A stretch of DNA of 64,000 nucleotides, taken from a virus. Below the pieces are notes generated by a model. The model saw only the letters and a program-made list of their open reading frames with translations, did not search any database and was not told where the DNA came from. This document shows, piece after piece, positions 52,447 to 60,007 of this stretch. The position numbers and the translations under genes are program-made. Where the stretch lies: positions 32,001 through 96,000 of the IMG/VR virus record IMGVR_UViG_3300045988_158973; one strand, given 5' to 3'. Within the stretch, counting starts at the first letter, position 1. Every line of letters begins with the position of its first letter.

Positions 52447-53097
52447 TTAAATTATGTTATTTTGTAAAGCGTTTACGGCTTCGCGCGGTACATAAAGCGT
52501 GTGTACAGTATCAAATACATCAGCCACTTCACACGCATTTTGTAACGTTGTCACTGCTTTCCGGAAATTGTCGTTACAGTACGGAAGCAGATTCAACGGC
52601 CATGAACGGTTCCCCATGGAGAGTTCGCGGTTCAGGAAATACAACAGCGCCATCCAGTCTGCCACCTTCACCACCGCATGAGTGATATCGTAATACTCAC
52701 CCGTCTTGGAGAGAGTTTGAAGTACCTCTGAATCCGCGCCAAAGTCATCCGCCATCTGGTGTTCGACGAACTTATCGAGTGCGTATCGTATTTCCATGCC
52801 ATTGTAGGCGTTGTATTTCACCTCGTGAGTGATGTCACGACGCAAAATGGCTTCATCGAAGTCGTGCATCAGCGCCACTTTCAACGTTCGGTACTTGAAA
52901 GCCAATACGGCGTTAGTTTCAGTCCCCGTAGGCCAAAAGTAGTCCAGTAGGCTCATTGTGAAGACCGACACCTTGAACGAGTGCTGCGAAACACTCTCCT
53001 GCTGATGGCGGTCGTATTCCAGCCACTGCTTGATGTTGTCCAGCCGCGCCAAATAATCGCGATTGAACAGTTTTGTTAAATCCCCTTTGATTCCCAT
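52447..53097 (-). CDS. HD-domain phosphohydrolase (YfbR-like 5'-deoxynucleotidase type)
   Basis: 216 aa. His in SQHSFKVSVF, HD in ALMHDFDEAILRRDITHEVKY, distal Asp in VVKVADWM. Confidence 0.65.
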   Translation of the reverse strand: MGIKGDLTKLFNRDYLARLDNIKQWLEYDRHQQESVSQHSFKVSVFTMSLLDYFWPTGTETNAVLAFKYRTLKVALMHDFDEAILRRDITHEVKYNAYNGMEIRYALDKFVEHQMADDFGADSEVLQTLSKTGEYYDITHAVVKVADWMALLYFLNRELSMGNRSWPLNLLPYCNDNFRKAVTTLQNACEVADVFDTVHTLYVPREAVNALQNNII

Positions 53098-53112
53098 AAC
53101 GATATTGTTTAA

Positions 53113-55158
53113 CTATTGCAGTATTTCTAACCTTGTAGATGGTGAAGACTGCACGGTTTTCTTTCCAGCGAAGTAATTCACACGCCCCGTAACAGCCACA
53201 ACGCGGTTCAGCAGCGTGGCTTCAGTTTCTGACTGGTGAAGCCAAAAATCGGACCACAACGTGACCTGTATGATAAGGTCGTTCACCTCCAACTGAAGAA
53301 CGCCATATGCGTCACCTCGCTTGGTTTGGCGCTCAAATACGTTGTTCACTCGCCCCACAATACACACTTCGTCGCCTTCGTTCTTGCGTTCGAATTCCGG
53401 CGCGGTAACATACAGTCGAACCATTCGTTTTCCGAGCCCATATTCGTTCATCATACGCTCGTAGTCTACTTCTCCGTACCCGGTTAATTCACGCTGTTTG
53501 AAGACCCACCAAGCGTTGGTATGGGCATCTGGCGTATCGTACTCTTCGGGGAGTGGTTCGCCGCGGCGGTCGAGATACTGTTTAACGATATCCAGCCGTT
53601 GGCGTGGATTGCGTATACCCTCTACGAGGTCAAACGCTCCGGCGGTTATGAGCCGCAGCACCACGGTACGATTAATACCCTTTGGTGCAGATGTTATGAA
53701 GTCTTCAAACGAAAACACTTCGCCGTGTTCTTGCTTCATAGCCTTCAAAAACGAAAGAGCACGTTCGCCAATTCCCTTCACCTTCCCCAAGGAGAAGAAT
53801 ATACGGTTCGTCGTTGGGTCACACGTGAAGGTTTCATCTGAGAAGTTGATGTCTGGTGGACGAACTTCAATGCCAGCTCCAGTCTTCTTCATTTCCACCA
53901 ACCGATACGGAATATCTGATTCTTTTGAAGCGTACTGGAGTGACGTTGTCCAAAACTCCAACGGATAATTGACCTTGAACCACTGCGACCAATACGACAT
54001 CATGGTATAGGCTACGGCATGACTCTTGTTAAATCCATAGCCTGAAAAGGCCAGCAGTTTGGACCAAACCTCATCGGCTTTTTCTTCCGTTCGCTCTTTT
54101 ATTCCCGATTCGCGCAACAAGGCTGAATACCCTTCACGGAACTTACCATGGAACGATTCGATAAGGTCCATATTTTTCTTCTTGATAGCCGTACGAAGTA
54201 TATCGGACTCTACAGGACTTAAACCTCCAACGACCACGGCTTTCATGATTTGCTCTTGGTAGGTATACAACGAGTATGTATCACGCGTGATTTCCTCCAT
54301 GCCGGGGTCGAATTTAGGCTTCTTGCGTCCGTTCTTGATTTCAACAAACGTTTCGTGTGCCTTAACATCCATAGGACCTGGACGGAACAGCGCCGTCATA
54401 GCGATCAGGTCGTCAAGCGTATGCGGCTTGGCTTCGCGGCAGTAGTTCATAAGTCCCATAGCGCCAAACTGGAATACATCCTCGCACCATCCACGCTGGA
54501 AATACCGGAACACCTCTTCGTCGCCGAACGGAATAGTGTTGACGTCAATATGCTGTTTACGGTTCTTGGCTATCAACTTTATGATCGACGAGAATTTATC
54601 CAACTGGTTAAGCCCCAGAATATCCTCTTTCAAGAAGCCTGACTTGTCGATGTACTTACCTTCCCACTCCGACACCAACGTGTCTCCCATGCGCTTTATA
54701 GGCATCCAGCTGTAAAGGTCCATAGGGTTTCCGTTTTCATCTTCCTTTGGTACGATGATAACAGCCGACGGGTGAACCGAGCCTGTCTTACATTGCGTAA
54801 GAGCGTATTTCGTCATATGTACCAACTCCGGATGATCTTGAACGAAACGGAACAATTCCCGCGACGTAGCGGCGTAATTGAACAGGTCGCCCCATGTGTA
54901 TTCGATTTGGTCGTCGATGTCCTTGGTGAGTTTATTCATCACCGCAAACGGTACGCCCATGACCTTGCCGAAGTCCTTCAGACATGTCTTCAGTTTCATG
55001 CGCGTATAGGTACCAACCGAGCACACATGATTAGCGCCATAACGTCGCGACATGTATTCTTTCACCGTATCGCGAAACGCTACAGGGAAGTCGCAATCCA
55101 CGTCCGGCATGCTGTCCTGACGGGCAATTTCAACCTTTTCTATCTTTAGAATTTTCAT
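53113..55158 (-). CDS. dnaE: DNA polymerase III alpha (DnaE-type), C-terminal fragment starting just before the catalytic aspartates
   Basis: Trimmed to ATG 55158, which overlaps the HEG stop as ATGA. SMPDVDCDFPVAFRDTVKEYMSRRYGANHVCSVGTYTRMKLKTCLKDFGKVMG aligns with E. coli [26 protein letters not shown]...ITFGTM..K..IRDVGRVLG. Confidence 0.85.
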   Translation of the reverse strand: MKILKIEKVEIARQDSMPDVDCDFPVAFRDTVKEYMSRRYGANHVCSVGTYTRMKLKTCLKDFGKVMGVPFAVMNKLTKDIDDQIEYTWGDLFNYAATSRELFRFVQDHPELVHMTKYALTQCKTGSVHPSAVIIVPKEDENGNPMDLYSWMPIKRMGDTLVSEWEGKYIDKSGFLKEDILGLNQLDKFSSIIKLIAKNRKQHIDVNTIPFGDEEVFRYFQRGWCEDVFQFGAMGLMNYCREAKPHTLDDLIAMTALFRPGPMDVKAHETFVEIKNGRKKPKFDPGMEEITRDTYSLYTYQEQIMKAVVVGGLSPVESDILRTAIKKKNMDLIESFHGKFREGYSALLRESGIKERTEEKADEVWSKLLAFSGYGFNKSHAVAYTMMSYWSQWFKVNYPLEFWTTSLQYASKESDIPYRLVEMKKTGAGIEVRPPDINFSDETFTCDPTTNRIFFSLGKVKGIGERALSFLKAMKQEHGEVFSFEDFITSAPKGINRTVVLRLITAGAFDLVEGIRNPRQRLDIVKQYLDRRGEPLPEEYDTPDAHTNAWWVFKQRELTGYGEVDYERMMNEYGLGKRMVRLYVTAPEFERKNEGDEVCIVGRVNNVFERQTKRGDAYGVLQLEVNDLIIQVTLWSDFWLHQSETEATLLNRVVAVTGRVNYFAGKKTVQSSPSTRLEILQ

Positions 55159-55907
55159 TTCTTTCTTGGTTTCATGCCATACCAAAATCCATCAGGGAGC
55201 GGAGCGCCCTTTGGGATAGTAGTGTTTATTTCGCCGTTAGTTATCCTAACTTTGCCTTGCATGGGATTCGTGTACCCGTGCTCGTATCTATCGCGTATTT
55301 TCTTACCAAAATCCCTGCGCCGTTCCTCGGGCCAACGGTTATTCCAGTTAGGGTTATTTTCACCATTATAACGACCTCTCATTTTAGCCGACAAGTTCGC
55401 TTTTTGTTCGGCTGTCCATCGGTTGCCGTAGTTTGGATTCTTTTCGCCTACATATCTGCCTTTCAAGGACTTCGAAATTCTTTCCTTGTAGTCAGTATTG
55501 TCCAAAGTAATTTGGCGTTTTTGGTGAATTCGCTTCATTAACTCTGGACGATTCTTGAACGTCTTTTTAAGCGACCTTGAAACCTTAACAGCGACCTCTG
55601 GAATCAACATCGGCGAACCGCTTCCAAACTGGTTAGCCGTACCCGGTAGGATGTTATATCCTATACCCTTTTCAGTAGAACGTAGCTTCTTGATGTAAAG
55701 CATCTCCCAAGCGTCGAGTTGTAGCTGGGTATCACACACGCGGAGCGTTTCACGTTTGAAATTCTCAGGGCCGTAATACCTAACAGCATTCGTCAAGGAT
55801 ACGCCGCTACCCAAATACCCATCAAACTCGTCTGTTTTGCAGTGGTGTTGGCCGATGTAAATCTTACCGTTGACGAGGTTCGTAGTTTTGTAAATTATAC
55901 CTTGCAT
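55155..55907 (-). CDS. GIY-YIG homing endonuclease with NUMOD3-like repeats
   Basis: 250 aa. GIIYKTTNLVNGKIYIGQ (GIY...YIG). Repeats GRYVGEKNPNYGNRW / GRYNGENNPNWNNRW. AT-rich relative to the flanks. Overlaps both DnaE fragments. Confidence 0.85.
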   Translation of the reverse strand: MQGIIYKTTNLVNGKIYIGQHHCKTDEFDGYLGSGVSLTNAVRYYGPENFKRETLRVCDTQLQLDAWEMLYIKKLRSTEKGIGYNILPGTANQFGSGSPMLIPEVAVKVSRSLKKTFKNRPELMKRIHQKRQITLDNTDYKERISKSLKGRYVGEKNPNYGNRWTAEQKANLSAKMRGRYNGENNPNWNNRWPEERRRDFGKKIRDRYEHGYTNPMQGKVRITNGEINTTIPKGAPLPDGFWYGMKPRKK

Positions 55908-57598
55908 AAAGTCCGTAATTTATCAATATCTATGTCCAGGTCTATATTTGATAAATCACAGTCTATGTCTATTTCTTTACCGTTTCGAAGAGGAATCTTG
56001 ACATTTTCAGGTAATCTAAATTTACCATATCCCTCTATTTCCAAATCCCAATACTTAGGAACGGTAACGCGCGTTTCATTCAAGAAACGTTCGAACATCA
56101 GGTGGTATTTCAGCGGGTCCACGTCCGTGATGTACAGGCAATACGCAATCAACGAACCGCACACTGAACCACGGCCCGATCCAGTCATGATACCTTGTTC
56201 GCGACACCAGTTCATGATATCCCAAAGGATCATGAAATAATCACACAACCCGTTAGGGACGATAATGGCACATTCCTTCTCCAACTCGTTTAGATAGCGA
56301 TCAAGGTCATCGACCTTACCTACCAGCCGTTCCTGAACGCCCGCTTCCAGTTTCTCAAAGAAAGCGTCTTCAACCGTAGTTTTTACAAACTCATATTTCG
56401 GAAGATGACGTATGCCGGTGGGTATCTTAAAGTCAATACTGTCCGTCAACGTCGTGGAATTGGTCATTCCATCAATTATCTTTTCGTAAAGGGGCGCGGC
56501 TCCGTCCATCCACTCTTCGTAGGCTAAAATCGTCTCTTTTGAGTTTTTGAAGTATTGCGTCGCACTTTCAGCATTTACAACCCCTGCCACCTTATTCAAC
56601 AACGACTTCAGAGGCGCTTCTTCAGCGTCCAAGTAGTACGAATCGTTGATGACCAACGGCAGCGCGTCACGGTATAGCTTCATCTTGCGGCACCGTAAGA
56701 CGTAGGTGTCCAAGTTTTCGAGGTGGTCACGGAAAAGACTTTCCGACGCATATTCGACGGTATCGATCTGGTAATATACTCGATCGAACGCTGCATGGTA
56801 TGCCGTCAGCAGGCGCTTACACCGATCTAAATCACCCTTGAAATAATTCAGTTCCGAATCCGACGGTATGACACACGCCAGTCCGTCGCCCAGTTTGTAA
56901 AGTTCTTCCGCAGGGATGAATCCTTGATAATCGACGTTGATGGCCTTATTTACCAACAACAAGTTACGCCATCCGGCGGCGTTCATGACGTATAGTTTCA
57001 GCGAGAACGTTTCCTGAATTTCCACCGCCGGGTCGTAGTTACACGCCACCGTAATGGTCTCGCCGATGATAGGTTTAACACCTTTAGCCAAGCACGCAGT
57101 CTGGAAAGCCAGCGTTCCGGCCAGCGTGTTGCGGTCACATATACCCAACGCCGTCATACGGTTGAACCGAGCCTTCGTAGCCCACTCATCGCAATTCGAA
57201 GAGCCGTTCAAGAACTCGTACTCGCTGTGGACACCGAGGTGTACAAACGGCACCAGTTCTTCAGCCGTACTCGTACCAAGGTACTTGAAGTCGCGGAATT
57301 CAGGGCGAAATACCACGGTTTTATCCAACCGCAGGTGATCCTTTTTGATGTTCGAGTAGTAGAACTTTCCACCAAACTCGAATAGGATATATTTTACAAC
57401 GCCGTCATACAAGGCGTCAAATTCGTCGGCCGTTACCGCAAACGAGAAGCGTTCGTCGATTATCTTTCCCTTATCGTCGGGGTGTAGGTACAAAAAGTCC
57501 CCCACACCTTCAATTGAAATTACGTTCAGTTCGTCGTCGCGCTTTTCTTCAATAGCCAAATAATTATCATCAGCCCAACGGCGTAGTGCGTCAGTCAT
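55895..57598 (-). CDS. dnaE: DNA polymerase III alpha (DnaE-type), N-terminal fragment (PHP domain plus first part of palm)
   Basis: 567 aa. PHP FVHLGVHSEYEFLNGSS. GSGRGSVCGSLIAYCLYITDVDPLKYHLMFERFLNETRV aligns with E. coli [39 protein letters not shown]. Followed by a 55-aa non-homologous tail. Confidence 0.85.
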   Translation of the reverse strand: MTDALRRWADDNYLAIEEKRDDELNVISIEGVGDFLYLHPDDKGKIIDERFSFAVTADEFDALYDGVVKYILFEFGGKFYYSNIKKDHLRLDKTVVFRPEFRDFKYLGTSTAEELVPFVHLGVHSEYEFLNGSSNCDEWATKARFNRMTALGICDRNTLAGTLAFQTACLAKGVKPIIGETITVACNYDPAVEIQETFSLKLYVMNAAGWRNLLLVNKAINVDYQGFIPAEELYKLGDGLACVIPSDSELNYFKGDLDRCKRLLTAYHAAFDRVYYQIDTVEYASESLFRDHLENLDTYVLRCRKMKLYRDALPLVINDSYYLDAEEAPLKSLLNKVAGVVNAESATQYFKNSKETILAYEEWMDGAAPLYEKIIDGMTNSTTLTDSIDFKIPTGIRHLPKYEFVKTTVEDAFFEKLEAGVQERLVGKVDDLDRYLNELEKECAIIVPNGLCDYFMILWDIMNWCREQGIMTGSGRGSVCGSLIAYCLYITDVDPLKYHLMFERFLNETRVTVPKYWDLEIEGYGKFRLPENVKIPLRNGKEIDIDCDLSNIDLDIDIDKLRTLCKV

Positions 57599-57599
57599 T

Positions 57600-58826
57600 T
57601 TACAACAATTTACTGGGTTCTGCGTTAGATAACCTTGCTTCGAAGAAGTTTCTCGCCAGCATCATGTAGTCCCACTTTTCGTCGGCTTCACAGCTGGTGT
57701 TGATAAGGCCTAACAGCCCGTGACATTCGTTCAACAGCTGATCGCGGTCTTCGCCGAGACACGCATGGCGGTTACGCTTGTAAAAGACGTACAGTTTCAG
57801 CAACTCGTACACACCCCAAAAGTAAGTCGACTTCTCCAGCACATACTGCTCAAACCCCGCTTCGTCGTCGGGGTCAGTACCGTTAGTGTTACGATGAAGC
57901 AGCCGGGAGATCAGTTCGTCCATGAAGGCCGTTATTTCACGCAAACGGTTTACCGCCACTTCAGATTCGAACTTGAAGTCCATCATATAGGCAACGCCGC
58001 CTTCGCGAACGTTGTAAATACTGCTCCGCGCTTCGTCAGCCATGAATAATTTCGCCATTTGTTCAGCGGTTTTATTCCACTCGTAGATGTGTAACGACTG
58101 CGAGTTATGGGTCTGAACACCCAACTCAATTCCTAAACAAAGGGACATTATCTCCGTCAGGAACGAGAACTGAAAGATGTTCGTAGGAAGGCCCCAGTGG
58201 AGGTCATTCGAGCGATTCTGAATAGTGGTAACGAGTTTGCCGTTGCGTATCTTGAGCATCACCATGTCGTTACAGGGCAAGTCTTTCGACTTCACGCCCA
58301 AATCGAAGCGGGGGTTCCAAATCGACATCACCACCTGTCGCGTTTCGGGATCAGCCGACAACAGCCGCACAGCCTCGCTCACCTGGTCAAAGCCGGGGTC
58401 CATCGACTCGCTCTCAGAAGCTATTCCCCAATGACGCAAACGCCATCCATAAGGGGCGTGAAACGTTTCGCCATTGTCAGAAAAATCAGCCATCTTGCTG
58501 TTGAAGATCGTCAAAAATTCAACATCCTTGCGGCCTGTAGCTATCCACATGGCTTCAGCCAGCAGGAAGAATATATTGATGTTGCGGCCATACCCTCCCA
58601 CACACCGACGGTACGGGTTGTTGACGATGGTCTTAACGTCTAAAAGTTCACGAACGTTACCACCGCGCGAAGGGTTCAGCGGGAGATTATTCATCATCAA
58701 TTTGTTGATGTAGGGATATACCTCCGCAAACGACCCCCATGTATCAGTAAACGCGACGCGTCTTTCGAAGTTAAAATCAAAGCGACTCAAGCCCACAGCG
58801 TCTTGGGAAATAGACTCTTGTTTCAT
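57600..58826 (-). CDS. Thymidylate synthase-fold enzyme, dUMP-specific (TS or dUMP hydroxymethylase)
   Basis: Trimmed to ATG 58826. HAPYGWRLRHWG, catalytic Cys in KDLPCND, NRSNDLHWGLPTNIFQF aligns with E. coli QRSCDVFLGLPFNIASY (Asn177 equivalent retained). Confidence 0.75.
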   Translation of the reverse strand: MKQESISQDAVGLSRFDFNFERRVAFTDTWGSFAEVYPYINKLMMNNLPLNPSRGGNVRELLDVKTIVNNPYRRCVGGYGRNINIFFLLAEAMWIATGRKDVEFLTIFNSKMADFSDNGETFHAPYGWRLRHWGIASESESMDPGFDQVSEAVRLLSADPETRQVVMSIWNPRFDLGVKSKDLPCNDMVMLKIRNGKLVTTIQNRSNDLHWGLPTNIFQFSFLTEIMSLCLGIELGVQTHNSQSLHIYEWNKTAEQMAKLFMADEARSSIYNVREGGVAYMMDFKFESEVAVNRLREITAFMDELISRLLHRNTNGTDPDDEAGFEQYVLEKSTYFWGVYELLKLYVFYKRNRHACLGEDRDQLLNECHGLLGLINTSCEADEKWDYMMLARNFFEARLSNAEPSKLL

Positions 58827-58853
58827 ATCTGGAATCAATTTTATACGCCCTTA

Positions 58854-58863
58854 ATAACGCTGG
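58854..58863 (-). promoter_or_regulatory. CCAACGTTAT-like motif (CCAGCGTTAT)
   Basis: One-mismatch variant between the terminator 58877..58902 and ATG 58826 (27 nt upstream). Confidence 0.3.
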
Positions 58864-58876
58864 CGCGTGTGATACT

Positions 58877-58902
58877 AAAAACCCCAGCCACAAGGGCTGG
58901 GG
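58877..58902 (-). terminator. Rho-independent terminator
   Basis: Minus strand CCCCAGCC-CTTGT-GGCTGGGG followed by TTTTT. Confidence 0.7.
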
Positions 58903-58930
58903 CGGGAAAGAAACTGACAATGAAAGGCGT

Positions 58931-59971
58931 CTATTTCTTGGCGGCTTTGGCTTTTTTAGCGGCAGCGGCTTTGGCCAGCGCAGCACGGGCCTTGGCTTTG
59001 GGGTCGTCGGCAGGTTCAGCCTTGGCGGGCGCCTTCTTCGGGGTGGGAGCAGCCTTCTTGCCGGTAGCCTTCAGGTCGGCCTCCATCTTCTCCCGGTTCT
59101 TGCCGAGGCGGTTGTCGGCAGTCGAAACGGCAGACTTGATGTCGGGGAGGTAGGTCTTGACGATCTCCATGGCCTCGCTCCACGCGATACCCTTAAGCCA
59201 CGGCAGGTTGTTCCACGTCGGAACGAAGTCCACGCCGTCGTCGGCCAGTTTGTCCTGCGAAGCCTGACTGCGGAACGTGTTCAGGACGACGTTGGTCGTG
59301 GCGAAGTCACCGTCCTTCGAGTATACGTTCTCGAACATGATAGCCACGGGGTGCGAGTTGGCGCCGCCGAACTTGATCGAGATACCATGCGACACGGCAA
59401 CGTACTGGAACTCCTTCTCAGGGAAGAACTTGCTCAGCGCCTTGCGGAGCAGATCGAGGTGCTCAGGGTTGGTCTGGGGCTTCAGGCGAATACCCTTGTC
59501 GTTGCGTTTGGACGGCTTCTTCTCGGCCTTCTTGGTCTTCTTGGCGGGCTTTTCAGCGGCCTCGGATTCCTTCTTGGCGGGAGCGGGTTTTTTCTTGGGG
59601 GCAGCAGCGGTCTTCTTCGGTTTGGGCGCCGGAGCCGCCTCGGTTTCAGACTCCTCTTCTTCGCTGGACTCCGATTCAGGTTCCTCGGCGGCGGCCTCCT
59701 CTTCTTCCTCGGCGGCCTCCTCAGCCAGTTCGTCAGCCTGCTTTTCGGCGGGAGTAGGTTCCTCGGCGGCGGCCTCGGATTCCTCACCTTCAAGTTCGGC
59801 GAACGACCCCACGATGTCAATCAGGTTGTCGAGCGTTTCCTCGTCCATACCGGGGATGCCGGCCTGCTCAAGGCGCTGGAGAAGAACCTCCTTTGCCTCT
59901 TCTTCGCTTTTGGCGACAATACCGAGTTTCTTCAGGCGCTCGGCGTTTACTTTCGAAATTTTAGTTGCCAT
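58931..59971 (-). CDS. Lys/Ala/Pro-rich (histone H1-like tails) and poly-Glu protein with a central globular domain
   Basis: 346 aa. KPKKTAAAPKKKPAPAKK, AEKPAKKTKKAEKKPSK, C-terminal AKAAAAKKAKAAKK. Acidic EEAAEEEEEAAAEE block. Confidence 0.55.
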   Translation of the reverse strand: MATKISKVNAERLKKLGIVAKSEEEAKEVLLQRLEQAGIPGMDEETLDNLIDIVGSFAELEGEESEAAAEEPTPAEKQADELAEEAAEEEEEAAAEEPESESSEEEESETEAAPAPKPKKTAAAPKKKPAPAKKESEAAEKPAKKTKKAEKKPSKRNDKGIRLKPQTNPEHLDLLRKALSKFFPEKEFQYVAVSHGISIKFGGANSHPVAIMFENVYSKDGDFATTNVVLNTFRSQASQDKLADDGVDFVPTWNNLPWLKGIAWSEAMEIVKTYLPDIKSAVSTADNRLGKNREKMEADLKATGKKAAPTPKKAPAKAEPADDPKAKARAALAKAAAAKKAKAAKK

Positions 59972-60007
59972 GATTCTTGTACGTTTTAGTGAAACAATTT
60001 GTATGAA

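Noticed and set aside
55113-56060. Split-intein explanation for the divided DnaE (by analogy with cyanobacterial DnaE)
   Set aside because: The N-fragment tail starts with Val/Thr rather than Cys/Ser. The C-fragment head lacks a terminal His-Asn before the Ser. There are no Hint-domain blocks. The fragments are separated by a free-standing GIY-YIG gene in another frame.
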